DNA from: Chrysomallon squamiferum
Taxonomy: Eukaryota; Animalia; Mollusca
Reading direction: 5' to 3'
Length of the DNA: 64,000 nucleotides
NCBI GenBank assembly: GCA_012295275.1
Contig: CM022679.1
Span: 18,848,001 to 18,912,000, forward strand
Shown here: piece after piece, positions 37,508-52,505 of the stretch
How positions within the stretch are numbered: the stretch's first letter is position 1
How the letters are laid out: every line of letters starts with the position of its first letter
Notes under the pieces: generated by a model
What the model was told of the DNA's origin: nothing
The model's input: only the letters and a program-made list of their open reading frames with translations
The model's database searches: none
Made by a program: the position numbers and the translations under genes

Positions 37508-38891
37508 CTTACTGGTGGTTGTTTTTCTGGAAGATGACAGCCAAGTTCTCTCTTGTTAAACTGTCTCGAGTTTTTCATCTGTCTGTATCTACAATAAAAA
37601 TGATTTAATGATATCATAAATAGACAGACACTAAAATACCACAATCAGTTTTATCAATAAATTACAGGAAAAACTTATATATTTTGATTATATTTAGAAC
37701 ATGGCAAATAAATAATAAACCATAAACCCTTAAAACAATAAAGGAACTGAAGTCTGGAGACACAGTTTGGAACAGAAACTAAACATCTGACTACATTCTA
37801 AGATAAAAATGTTTGCAGCAGAGAAAGCTATAATACGTTTTCTGAATGAAATCATTCTACTGTAATAAGCCAAACAAGGGATGACAATGATAATGGTGTT
37901 CAGATAAACTAAAATATATGCATAATAAATAAATAAAAAATATTGTTATTAATAATTAAACAAGTAACTTTAAAAGTTTAATATTAAAATTTATTTTTCA
38001 CTTTAAAAAAAAAGAAGCATATTATCTAAATGACAACATGACAGGTGGAAGAGTATTTTAAAGCTATCAAAAAGAAGATTGAACCAACACATCTACTGTA
38101 GTTTTTACAATGTCATCTATTAAGTTATTTCACACATTGTCTTATGTATGATGTTAATTACTAGAACTTTCTTTTTTTTCAATAATGGTAATTGATAAAT
38201 AATATAATCGTTAATTTAAGGGGAAAGGCGGATGGCATTTCAATAAGTTAATACCAATTACAGAAGTAAATAAGATTTTTTTTGTACAAATACCAAGAAA
38301 TATAATTATTTTTACTGTAGAATTATAAAGCTTCATTTGTTAGGCAGCAAAAACAGCAGTTAAAAACTATAGTAACTAAAAATAGCTAAAAATGAAGAAT
38401 GTAACCATCATAGTTTGTTTAACAGGCCATGCTTTTAAGTCCATTCTTAAAAGACAAACACAAAAATTATATGCATTTCCTGATGACAGTAAAATGAACT
38501 TTATAGTGTACAGTTTAAACTGAGGTAAGGAGTCTTAATTAAATATCAAAAATTAATTTATGGATCATTAATTATACTTTTTTCAAAATACTGTATTATT
38601 AATAAATTCATCTGCAAAAGTATGTTTTAAACATATAATTACTAAATACGATCATTCACTTTGAACTGAAACAGGTCTTAGAAATTTTACCTGTGTTTCA
38701 AAAACCTATTTAAATTATTAAGTATCATTAAATTGCACTTAATTCTAATTTTTTAAAGTAAAAAAAAAAAAAACAATAATAAAATAAAATAAAAATAAAT
38801 AAATAACAATAAAAAATTTACTGGCAGATTAGTTATTTGCTTTCCATTGTTGGAACATCAAGTTAGGTTTGTCGGTAACAAATAAAATCAA

Positions 38892-38944
<53 letters not shown>

Positions 38945-41837
38945 CAACAACAAAATATTAAAAACAATTGTGTTAATAATGAGAAATGGTAATAAAAAAG
39001 AAGAGAATTTTGTAATATAAAATGTTATATATATATTTATATATATATATGGTAATCTGTATGTATGTACGTATCTGTATGTATACATATACATACACAC
39101 ACATAATAGTGGCTGAAGTGGGAGAATATCAGTTATTTAACATATGGAATAAATAACAATTTAATTTTTCCATATGTTTCAATCCAATTATCAAAAAAAA
39201 AAAAAAAAAAAAGTTTATATATAAATATAATTGTCAGTAATAATAATAATGATTAAAACAATATAGTAATAATAGAATTAACAGTAATAAAGGGTTGATC
39301 ACTAATGATGATGATGATGAATTTGTTTTTATTTTTTAATTTTTTTAAACTGTAGCTAATGATATTGGGACTAGATTTAATATTACAGCTTTTGTGTGAC
39401 TGAAAATCAACCTGAAAATTGTAACTCAGAACATTATAAACTGTTATGAAACCTGTCTATTGTTATCTATATGAAATTTAAAAATGGAAATGAAAGAAAA
39501 AGAAACGCATGCATAATATGTAACAAAAAAGAAATTGTGCAAATTCCTGAATAAACCGATTTAGAATGCTACCAACAGATACCACATTTTAACTAAAAAA
39601 CTAAAAATAAACACTCCACTGGACATTTATCAGCTATTTATTATATGAGACTAAACAAATGTTGACTAATGAAAAAAAATTGAAAATAAAAACATAATAA
39701 AACATTTACAAATCTGAAAGAGAATCCAGATTTGATTTTTTTCTAATCTGTTTTTATCAGTGCCTTACTTAATTTGATGAATAATGATCTGACATTTAGT
39801 TAAATTTTGAGGACACCATAAGATATTCAAAGAAAATAATTATTCTTTGAAGATGCAAGGATCCTAACTTTTATTTTAAATTATATGATTTTAAACGACT
39901 TAAAATACAATATAAAAATAAAAGTACTTTACATTCTGGGACTTGTTATTAATCTATCTGGGATTTTATTTACAGAAAAAAAAAAAGCAGCTATGCAGAC
40001 ATCGAACAAAGACACTGAAACAAATATTTATACATATACATATAGTGATTGAAAATAATATAGTGCAAGTAAAACATACTTACCTTTTAAGAAAATTCAA
40101 GAAATATAACTTCATACTCAAACTGCTAGGCTTCGTATACTTTAAATAGTTTAAATGTTTAAACCTTAAACCTATGGCATGGATACACATTTTTCTGAAC
40201 GTTTTTTCTTTTTACTTGCTTTACTTTTGTGGAATATTATTAGCAGTAAAAATAGTATTCCATTTATTTACTTCCATCTGATGTTTTTAAACAGATTTTT
40301 AATTTATAAATTTCAAAAACAAGTTTAACAGTAAAAAAATTTTTAATCTTTGTAAATTAATACAATTTTTATAAAAGAAATAATTTAACAATTATTTAAA
40401 TTTAGAAATTTAGTTTTAATGAACTGTAAACAATTGTAAAAAAAAGCAATTACGAAACAGGTTGCTTTGCAAATACATGTTTAAATTATAACTTAAATTC
40501 CTTTAATTCCTACGTGTGAAAATTTTAATATTCATATTTTTAACAATTTAATTCTTCTCTAAATTAAATCTTGATTTTTTATTGTTTTAACTGTTATTAT
40601 CTGTTTATTTGTTTATTAATTTAATTTGTTTTCCTGTTTCTCTCTTGTAAATGTATTTGGCAAAAAGTGAACATGACAACGTACTGTTCTACCAGAGGCG
40701 CACATTCATGTCTGGGCAGCTCTATGTAGTCTATCCTGTCAAACAGTGGGTCTCCTTCATCAGGCAGAACATAATTAGCTTTCATCTCAATCACAGCTTC
40801 TTCAGGAACGAATTTGCCTAACAAAAGCAGATTTCATAAAGCTCTATATATGAATTTCTTTTCTTTTTCTTTTTGTTATTTTTTCTTTTTCTTATGTTCA
40901 AAACAAAACAAAATAATAAAATACAAAATACTAAAAATATTTTCATTTGTAAGGATGAATCCTTCTTTTGATGTGATAATGTAGAAGTCCACCAATGCAG
41001 TTTCAAACCTGTCAATATATGTATATAAATAATATGGCTGCTTTAATGGGCACACACAATCAAAGCCTGTAACTGATCTCTGTGAAATTAAAACCAAGAG
41101 TAAAATTGCTTTTTAAGTCTGGTATTTTTATATTGTTGAAAACAATCTGAGGAGCATATATATATATATATATATTACTAATAAAATAAATATAATTGTT
41201 TAGCTAAATAAAATAAAATAAAATAAAATAATATGTTCTCTGGCATTATTTTAATCCTTTTGGTGTAATACCAAAAGAATATAACTACAAAAATTGACAG
41301 TTTATATTAAATATATTTAAATATGTAAAAATAAAGACTTCATTCCAGTGACTAATTTGTTTCTCTCACTTCATAAATACATTTGATATTCAATAATCTT
41401 CTTAGAATATTTAAAATATTAATCAATTAATGTTGTTTTTGTTTTTTATTGAAACATTTAAAATATTCACAATGTAAGTACTTATTATCTTATACTGATC
41501 AGTATCTATAATGTCAATTAAGTAACATATTAGCTGAAAGAGAAATGGTATATCCAATTTCAGATGGATGGAGGTGGATTGGAAGTTATAGGTAATTGGA
41601 CATTGCATCCATATACTTTGCACCATTCTTTTATTGCAACATAAAAAAAAAAATAAAAAAAAATATATAAATAAGTCAGATTATTCCTGAAAATAAGAAA
41701 AATAATGGAAACATATTGTCAGATAACATAACAACATTTAAAAATATATATATAAATTGTAATATGGAACACAAGAACAAATTATACCTCCCACAAACGG
41801 TAGTAAAAGTTACAATGATATATTAAAAATGAAATAG

Positions 41838-41901
<64 letters not shown>

Positions 41902-44900
41902 CATGCACAAATGCACAAACACTTTTAAAATGAATTCTGTAATGTTTTGGGCTGGGTCAAATTGTTGCTTTTAAAATTTATTTTCTAGGTACTGGTATCA
42001 AAAATCAAATTAAATGAATTAAGTGGTTTACTCTTCAGAGAGAAAAAGAAATATAAATAACTGAATTTTAAAAAATATATAATAATAAGTATGTTAAATT
42101 AAAGTAAATAAAAAAGTAATATTCCCTTCATCCAAACTAATCAAAACAACGTATAAAAAAAAAGAAATAAATAAAAATATATATAATTATAATAAAAAAG
42201 AAAAAATTAAGAAAAAAAGAAAATGAAATACAAAATACAAGACAAAAATACATGTGACATATAAAGCCAGCAAAAGTAGATTTTGTGTACTGTAATAAAT
42301 GCTGTTCTTACAGAAGATACATCTAAATATGGAGCATAAAAAAAAAGAAATAATAATAATAATAAAATTATAATAATAAATAAATTTTGAAATCAAATTT
42401 CTGAAATATCTGAATTTATGATACAATGAAATTATTATTCTGTATGCATGCTTCTGAATAAAATACCAATTTCATGGTAAATTATTCACAAATCCAAATA
42501 CTTATACAAACTTTAATTTGATTAAATTCCACTGCTTTTTACATTTAAACTAATTAATGCTTAATGAATCTGAATTTAGTCATTTTAAATTTGACTGAAA
42601 GTACAAATTGTAAACAATTTTATTTTATTTTATTCCCCTAAAAGAATTATTAAACGTTGGATTATTTAATGCTGACTTAGTATTTTTGTATAAAGATGAC
42701 TCATATTTGTAATGTGCTTGCAAGGCATATTAGCAAATCCTTTAAATAATTGTATTAATATGAAGATATGCTGATCAAAAGAAAAATTGTACAAGTTCTG
42801 TAGATTTTTAAGCTGAATATTTTTCTTTGATATATATATAGTAGCTTTTTAAAAAGATGAAATGATGTTTTATTACTATGCTCATAAAAAGAGAACTTTT
42901 AGGTCAGAAAAAAAAATGTAGAAAGAAATTACTGTTCTTGTCCTCGTGGAAACTGTTAGCTTGTTCCAAGTGGTCAGTTTTTAGTATCATGTAATTGTAT
43001 GTTAATTCTTTTGTACACTTAATCCAAGATTCTAACTATGACTGCCAATCTTTTGTGCAAAATGGATTTTGAAAGGAAAAATTCCAAGACAAATTTAAAT
43101 ACATTCTACTGATAACTGGGGGAATTTAATTTTTTTATGATCCAGCTTTGGTTCTTACCAGTTTTCATAAATACTGGAGAGAGAAATAAAACTAAAAATG
43201 AAAACAAAACAACAAAATCAAAGAAAACACCCCCAACAATATTAAACATGCAAATAATAACAAACTTAAATGCAAACTGCATAAATGCTACATGAATATT
43301 TTTCATAAATTAATTTCATGCAAATGAGAAAATAACTAATTATGAATTGCTGCAAATATTAGTCTAATGTTTTATCCAGTGTTGTGTATGTCCAGAATAC
43401 TGTTAGCTCAGACATACCAGTTAGGATATCTGGGTGGCAGACCTGTTTCTACAATATAAATTTGTGTAAACTTGCTGGGTTTAAAACTGAAAACAAAAGG
43501 TCATGTTAAACAGTTACAACCTTTCAGTTTGTTTTACTATATAATTATACACATACACATGTATATCTTTTTAAAAATTAAGACATCAAACACCTGTTGC
43601 CAAACTAAAATATTTTAAATGGGTTTTGATAGTGACTATTTACTAAGTTGTGGTTTGATGTTTTTTAAGTTATTTGATTAACTACCATGTATATTTAAAT
43701 AATAATCTAATAATGTTAAATATAAACAAAATAATAATAATACATAATAATGATGAGGTTTGATGCATTTTTTCTTCTTGACAATATAAGATTTTTTAAA
43801 AAAGTCTTATTATTATATTAAATTTAAAACTTTTACATTAAAGGCTACCAAACTGCAACCAAAATTATGTTTTCTACAAGTTTGTTTTATTCTTTTAATT
43901 AATTCTTAATTTCATTTTATATTTACCCTGAAAGAAAGACATTAGAAAAGCAGGGATATAAAAGCTCATACCATCCTTGATGGCTGAAAACTAAAACAGA
44001 TATTTTTAAAAGAAAATCACATTTCAAACATCATAAGTAATTGGTTTCTGAAATATGACATTTCATAATACAAGGTGACTAAATGAAAAGCTCATGTAGA
44101 TAAAAACAAACACTTACACGTGGTAAGATCTTGAAAATATAATTAATGATTTATTTTTGGACTATTTAAGTGAAATAATTACAATGAATACTTCATTTAA
44201 CTGATCAAATGAAATGAAAACAAAATCTTGTTTTAATTTATAAACTTGTATTTAAATGATAAATTAATGTTAATATTTAAACATAAGTAACATAAAAGTG
44301 CTATGATGTGGATGTATTAAACAGAATCAAGTAAAACTAAATAAAAAGATATTCCTGTTTTTTTCTCTTTTCATGAAATATTATCTCAGTTATCTCTCAA
44401 GGTTATGTGTCACTGAAGATATAGTCAAGAAAATAATTTTCTAAATTCTGTCATTTAAGAGGGCACAGAGAAAATTAAATTAGTGTTTAATGTTACTAAT
44501 TTTTTCAACTTTAAACAGCACATGTAAATAAAGGAAATGAAATAAAATACTTGTTATTTATAACCTATAAGCTGTTAATTAGATTGTGACATTATCTTCA
44601 TATTTGTCTCATCTGATTCAAATACACTTCTAAAACCTGATAGTTTGTTTCACATTAAATCTACTTTTGTGAAGGTTCTTGTTTTACAAAGATAAAGTAA
44701 AAGATATGGATAATATAGAATTTTTTTTCATTCAAACATATTAACCAAACCTGAAATATAGAATAAAATGCATGGAAATTTATAAATCTCTGATTTTCCC
44801 TTTGTCTTTTAGTTAATGATTAATGAAAATATCATCTTGATGTGAAAGAAAATAGAAATAGTTACCATCTTCATGAGTTCTCTTCCAGGAACGCCTTTCA

Positions 44901-47900
44901 AGTTCTGCATCATCTGGTTGTATGACAGCACCAATTCGGAAAAAGCCATTGAAATTTTTCATCTTTCGAACACGTGCTGATGGATATACATTTGTCTGAT
45001 CTAGAATGTAGTTACGTTTCTTTTTGCTGGCTGAGAAAAAATGAAATAAAACATTAATATATAAAAAGGAATTTGTCAGTAAAACAAGAATTTTCAAGTG
45101 CCAAATAAAGGCAATATAAAGAGAAATTTTTAAAAATATGTTTAGTACTATAGAATGTTTCATTAATATAGCTATATTATAGATTAAAAATAAAAAAGGA
45201 TTTTCTTTCTGTGTTTAAAAGATTCTTTGCTGCTAAAGGAAAAATGATGCAGCTATGAACCAGAACGTGACCTCTAGTTGCCAGTAACAGGGAATTAATA
45301 AATTTTTCCAACAGCTATTTTTATTTACTAAAAGAGAACAATGTTACATTAGAAAATATATTTTCACCTATGACAAATAACTTGTTTAAACATTTGGTTG
45401 CTTTGTCAATGAGGTTTTCCCATCTGCCATGGTAGTTGCGTTTTCGTGGAAGTCCCATAACTCTCATTTTGTCTATCAAAGTGTCAGAGCCAATGATATT
45501 GTATCGCTTTTCAGGATGATTTTTCTGCATGTTCAAGGCCCAAGTTGTTTTACCTGAACCAGGCAGACCTATAATCATTATCATCTGGGAGAAGAAAATA
45601 AAGAAAGCATTAAAAATTATCTGCATTACAGATATCAATCCATCTTATGGAGTTTATAAAATATTATCAGATAAATGAAGGGTCGATCAAGAAAATGTTT
45701 TGAACAGTCACACACATTTTGTGGGACTAACAATCAACTGAACTATTTTTGTATTTCAGGCTCACTTGGTTTTTGCTTCTTTTTTTTTTATCCATCACAG
45801 ATTATTTTCTGTATGACAGTTTTAACTGTGGATATAAATACAAAAGATAAAAACTGGACTGTACTTATTCACTGATCAATAATTATATATAAAAATCTTT
45901 ACTTCACATTCAGAAAACTGGGCTGGTGACAGCTGTCCCCGTATTCGCTCAGTGGGTAGAATTTGTCCAATGTATTTAAAATCTCCTTCTGGAAGAAACC
46001 AAGGCTCTTCTTGGCCAAAGTTAACTTTGAACCTATAAAAATATACTATTTTTAATTAGTAATATTGATAGAATTGTTGAATAAAATATGATCACAATTC
46101 TTTTTAAACAAATAAAACTTATTTTCTTTTTCTATATCCCTTTGCAGAGCTCGAAACTTGTCTGAAATGTATGGTGGCCCAAGAAATATATTTAGGCCAC
46201 TAAATTTTAATTTTGAAAACTTCAGTGTCCCAATTTCTTTTTGGTAGCCCAAACAAAAAATATTCATATTTCGGTTTTTAAGTGAAGGAAAATGTGTAGT
46301 TGATCACATAACTTTTGAAGTAAGATTAGTCATTTCGATAGGCTTCAAATTAATCAATCAATCAAACAAATTACTTCAAAGAGAAAACCCCCAGATATCA
46401 AGACACCTAGGCAGACCAAAGAAGCTAAGATGGCATTTAGCGAGACTCGTGGTTTTGTTTATCAGGACTACAGTTAACCACATGCAAATCAGAATATTTT
46501 ACAGATAATTAAAAAAGTAAAAAATAGATAAATCACATAAAATAGTGATAGTAATAAAAGTAAATAATAACAGCATGCAAAAACAAACCTGCAGTTCTTT
46601 GTAAGGATATGAGGAAAGAGAGCCATGTCTTTATTTCCTACTGGGTAACCCTGAATTTGAGTTGCTATCCCCATTGACTTTCCATTCTTCATGTAAGAAA
46701 TAGTAGCTGGCCTTGAATCCAAATCCAGCATGGCCCCAATGACATCATTTATGCCAAACCTCTGGCCATAGTTTATAAATTTGTTATTAGATGAGAATTT
46801 GCCTGTCCCTCCATAGCCATAAGACCAAGGTTCCTCTCCTATAAACAAAAAATACTTTGTTTATTCATTCAGAGAAATATATAAAACAAAAGTGCTTTAT
46901 TAAATATATATTATATGTGTTTTAAAAAGTGTTATCTCTATGGACAGAAAGATGTTTAAAAATTATAAACATGTTAACACAGACAAATAATAATGAAGTA
47001 AATCCTAATTTTACCTGTAACAAAATGAAACAATGAATTTAAATAATCTTGCTACCAAATTATATATTTACGTTTTTAATCTTTAACAAGATTGGTAAAA
47101 ATGTTAGAATCGAAATTAACTTCTGTTTATGTTAAAATATATCAAGAATTTTTTAATCTGTTTTATCTCCTGAACGTTTTATCATAAGTAACATGAACAT
47201 GGGACAATTAAAGAAGAATCCATTAAAAAATGTATTCTAGAATGAAAAGATAAAATTCAGTACAAACCCAGCTGAAATGACGAGCTGTCAATAGACCAGC
47301 CAACTCGTAGGATATGTGGGTTTTCTTCATTGTGGTCAGTGCCAAAGTCTGTGGGGAGATGTTCAGTAACACGTACTTCATAAAATATCTGTAAATAAAA
47401 CAGAATTAATAAATTGTAGATTTTAGAAACAAAACAATAAAAAGATTAATCAAACAGAACGAAAAATAAAGATACTACCTTTTGAAACTTGAGAAACAGC
47501 AACAGATATTAGACAGCAGTGAAAATACATTTTCTCTCGACCTCTCAATTTAACACATGCAAAGATACCCTATCAAAGGATACGTAATGTAGTAAAAATG
47601 TTTAAAGTCAAGTTTCTAAAATTGTCAAAGCTGTGGTTCTTACAAGCTTGTTGATCCATTAAACAAGTCATTATACATTTCAGAATTTATAAACAGTGGG
47701 GAGAAAAGACTACCGTGAAGTAAATAAAAGCCTAAATTTAAAGAATTAAAAACCAAACTCATGATATGTTTGTAAAAATGTTTAAAACGACAAAGGTAAA
47801 AGGTGTATTTCTTACCTTTCCTCTGCAAGCCCCATAGGTGCACCTTGCACCAGACCAGGTGAAACAAAAACCTGATGGCTTATTCAAAGGATATGCCCCA

Positions 47901-50447
47901 CATCTGAAAAAAATAAAATAGAGAATTTTAAAATTTATATCAGTCTTATCTTTAGTTTACTAATTTATATAAAATTAATAACTCACATTACTAACTTATA
48001 GTTTATACACATTTAAATCTCAAGTGTTAATGCAGAAAAAGCAATATCACCATTTATATTTTTTTGTATTTATTCTTTATTTTTATTAATAACTGTAATC
48101 ACAACCAGTAATAATATCCCTATCAGCATAAATAATTATGATTACACCCAGTACACCTTACAAATGTGTAAATATTTAAATCTTCCATGTGACAGATGAG
48201 GCAATATCAGCATTTTGTTTTTCCATTTATTGGTAAATATTTAATCTCAACTTTATTTTCATTTTGTTATTATTTTTGTTATTTGTTGTTTTTTTATTTA
48301 CAATTAACTCTACCTATAATTATCTTATGGTATTTCATTAAAAGAAGTGCAGATAACATACCCATCAGCATCAATAATGAGATTCAGATCACAATTGTAA
48401 TCATCCAGTATAAATCCTATTTCTTCAGAAGTAGATTCTTGCTGCTGCTGATGTTCTACCTGCTGGGGTGGCCACTGAAAGCCCATAGGGGCTAACCCAG
48501 GAAAACTGTAATCCAAGAAACTCAAATTAAAAAGAAGAAAATTAGGCTACATTATAAAGACAATATTTACCATAATTAACAATATAATTAAATAAAATAA
48601 AATAAATAAAAACTAATTTTAAAAGAAATAAAACTAAAATAATGAATTAATTAATATTCATGTTATTATTATAATTCTTTTAATTTAAAGAAAAATAAAA
48701 TAAAAAATTATTATTTTTTGTAACAATATGTACATATTGTGTACACCAACAAAACATTTTTTGTTTTCTGCTAATATTACTAATTCAGTAATTGTGTTCC
48801 AAATTGTAATTTACACCTTAAGATGACAAATTTGGAAAGAGGCATATTAATTTATTAATTATAACAACAAAAAATGGATGATAACATCTTTATAATAATT
48901 ATTAAAGCCAATCTGGTACAATACATTTCTAAAATAAACTTGTCATTTTATTATATATTTATATGACTATGGATGCTCTTCAAGTTACATATATATTTCA
49001 AAATAAAATTAAAACTGAGTAATGAATAACTGATCTGAAGTTCTACCTTTTCTTTTCTGCCTTATAAAAATAACACTACTAATACTAATAAAAATAAACA
49101 ATATATATAGTTGTTATTCTGTCAGTTATGGCTTTCTTCAAGAACAATTAACATAAAATTTGTCAACAGTAGATACCTACTGTGATAAAAATTTGTTGCC
49201 AAACATGCAATGTTTAAATAATATTTTGTGATTTATAATCTGAACCAGCTGCTAGAGTTAAACTACAATGTACCACCACTAAAAAGGTATTAAAGTGTTA
49301 CAACATGTAGACTAATGACAAAAGAATAGAGAATTAACAATACCAGTCCACTATTTCATTATTCTTGAACTGAACCTATGAATGCTTTAATTCTTATACT
49401 GTTATAGTGTAACATTTTCAGATGGTATGTTATTAGTTATGGACTGCTGGTAGAGATATAAATAAATTATGATTTCAAACAGAAATTATTTTCTCCATTA
49501 TTTGTGCAAGAAACCAATTTGAACATAACACAGGTAATCTGTCAAATACAAATTTAAAATATGTTATTCATTTTCATATGTTCATTTATGTCTTTTTAAT
49601 GCTGAAATAATTTTTTTTATATATATATATATTTTTTGTGCTTTTTTCAACTTCTACGAGTCAGGTTAAAATACTCTTAAGAGAAGTTTATCATTAAATG
49701 AGTTTAGGAAGTGCAATGTTTTTCCTAGTGGAGAACAGAAAGATTAGTGTTAGGATGAACATGTGAATCCACACCACAATTACTGTTTTTTAAAATATAA
49801 AATAAATTTGAAAAAGATGGAATTAGCATGCAGAAAGACAGTGTTTCAATAACTGACCTGGAAATATGAGACCACCTAATGAAAAAGAAACAGTATAAAA
49901 GATTTCTGGATTCTGACACACAGGATATGTTTTTGTTTTACATTTACTGATGATTTAAAATTTTATAATAATAATTATATTTTTAAAAAAAATGTATTTG
50001 TCTTTTTTGTATGAGTCTTCCTTTTTTCTGTTTTTCTTTTCTCATAGTTTTATTTATTTTTAATGTTAAATAATTCCATCTGGACACAAAGATCAAACTA
50101 TTGACAGATAAATAAAGATATTTTTCTGTTCACTTACCTGTTCTGTCTTAGGTCTTGAAAAGGAGATGCACCCTCTGGAGCAGCAACCTGAAGCTTCCTA
50201 TCTTGCTGTTGTTGCAATGCACCTAAAGCACTCATAGGAGTGCCTGGAGGAAGTGCAATCCCAGGCTGAGTTACTGAAGAAGGGCAATCACTCCAGGATG
50301 AGGGACAACTGAGGGTGGTATCATCTGCTGCAAAGCTGCCTGATGGGCATGAGCAGCCTGAAGACCTGGCGGCAATGGGATCCCTGGCATAGCCACCATG
50401 TAGTGCTGTGGTACCATCATTGGAACAAAACCAGGATACTGGTTCAT
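33966..50447 (-). CDS. hnRNP U / hnRNP U-like family protein (SPRY + AAA_33 P-loop + long low-complexity tail), no SAP domain seen
   Basis: Exons 50447-50138 (apparent 1-nt frameshift near 50283), 48505-48362, 47903-47816, 47388-47268, 46838-46589, 46032-45903, 45584-45368, 45030-44866, 40817-40685, 37588-37513, 36728-33966. Family motifs [59 protein letters not shown], Walker [38 protein letters not shown]. Confidence 0.9.
41841..41899. repeat. (AC)n microsatellite
   Basis: Directly visible. Confidence 0.97.
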
Positions 50448-50978
50448 GTTTGCAAGTTATTATTACTCTATTACTATTACTCTTTCATTATTTTTCAATC
50501 TGAAGTTAAATAGAAACAATATCAAACATACTAAAATATAGCATCATTATGTTATTTAAATGTTTATATAATTTATCTGGCATTAACATTTACAAGGAGC
50601 TGAAAAATTTGAAAATATAGATTGTTTTGATTTATACAAGTTTTTCTGAACACAGTCAAGTAAATTGAATCAACATATATTATTGTAACATATGCCTTTT
50701 TGTGACAGAATTTTAGTGCATACCTCCTCATTTAAAATTATTTATTTATTTTGTGGGAATATGCTACAAATGGGAAATTACTGAACTAACATTGAAATGT
50801 TAAAAACAATAAACAGTTATGCATTTTTCAGATATCATGAAAAACTTTATGCTATTTGAAGTATTTCAGTATTTGCTGTAAGACAAGCAGTAAAATATTT
50901 GTTTAATTAAAAACATAAGATGGCTTGTTTCTTCACTTATTTAAAATAATTTATTTATAATTATCATCTTTTTTTATA

Positions 50979-52505
50979 TAGGTACCGGCAGGCACATTTT
51001 AGCTGACTTTAATTTCACATAATATGCAAAAAAAGAACACATAATGAAAGCTGTAGCAAAAAGAATGAAAACACACAAAAAATGATGACTATCTCCAGCG
51101 ATTAAAAAGATATATGCAAATCGGTATGACAGTTATTTGGTTGTTTTTTAGTCCTATTTTGGCTAATTAGCAGAAATGGCTACTTTGGCCAACTGTAGTT
51201 TGAAAAGTAATTGACACAAAAGGCTGAAAATCAACAAGAGTGATGGTACCAACTTGCTAAGTGAGCTCCATTTTTTTCAGACCTGTATGTTTGTATGTGT
51301 GTTCACAATATCATGCTGAACATGCTAAAATCTTCAAAATGACACATGGCAGAATGAATAAAAGTTCAAATAGATACTGTGGTTTCAGGTTTTGTCTTCA
51401 GTTTTCACTCTGTTAAATAATTGGTAGTAATAAGTTAAGATACTGTGACATTTATATAAATGTTAATAAAAGGTCTGCAAGCATTTGATGTTTAACCATA
51501 ATCCTTTGCAATACATAAACTCAGCTAATTCTTGGAGTCAACTCCAGAAAGGTGTTGCCGGTATTAATCAGGGACAATAACATATATGTAATCATGAGAC
51601 TAGAGGCAATTAAAGACACAGGTGTTACAAGTCTAAATCTAAACATAAAAGAATTGTCTTAGCTTTGTACTTGTTGTGATTTGACAGCAAACAAAAGTTA
51701 CCTATCATCTGACCATTGTTGAAATTTTCTCTGCTAGAGCTTATCAACAATGTTAATTTTAATTATTTCAGAACGCGTTTTCGCTACAATGTATACGCTA
51801 GAAGTAGGAACATTGAAGAAAAACAAACAGCCAACAAGTTATTAAAAATACAAACAACATATAAATATAATCATTTTAAACAGCACCAGATCTTTCTAGC
51901 TGCATCAATTTTGTTCTGTAATAAAATGTAACGTAATGGCAATTTTGCTAAGCATGTGCTATGTTCAAATGCGGAGCTTGTTTTCACCAAAGACGATACA
52001 CCGCAGTGTCGCACATTGTTTGAAAGGTAATTGAATGATCTTTCATTTGATCTTTTATTTTCAGCCAGTTTTTTCAAAACTGGTTTGAAGGCACGAAAAA
52101 GTACATTTTTGGACACAACTTTTGATATAAGCCATTGCCAGCAACGACATGCACACTGTTAGAAAGATTTAACTTTGACCCTGCTAGCTGTGCTAAAAAT
52201 ATCATTGAAGGCATTTTGGCGAAAACAAGCCAGGCGTTTGTAGAGTGACCTATTTTAGGACTTTTTACTCCATGCTGTCAATTGCTGACCATGGGCGCCA
52301 AAGTGCATTTATCCCCACCGCGTTTAACACTCTCGTACAAAGAACTGATTTAACATACAACAAGAACAACAGCACCATTTAAAAGAGCACATAAATATCT
52401 TGAGTTACATGTATTTGTTTTTTATGAAGGGATTTGGAAGTGGAGGAAAATGGACAAAATCTTAACAGCTTCGACCAATTATATCGGCTAGGCTGCCGGT
52501 ACCTA
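50979..52505. mobile_element. Non-autonomous DNA transposon (~1.5 kb) with perfect 13-bp TIRs in intron 1 of the hnRNP U-like gene; superfamily unassigned
   Basis: TAGGTACCGGCAG (50979-50991) and CTGCCGGTACCTA (52493-52505). The interior is richer in GC and CpG than the flanks and has broken ORF-like sequence around 51870-52250. Confidence 0.72.
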
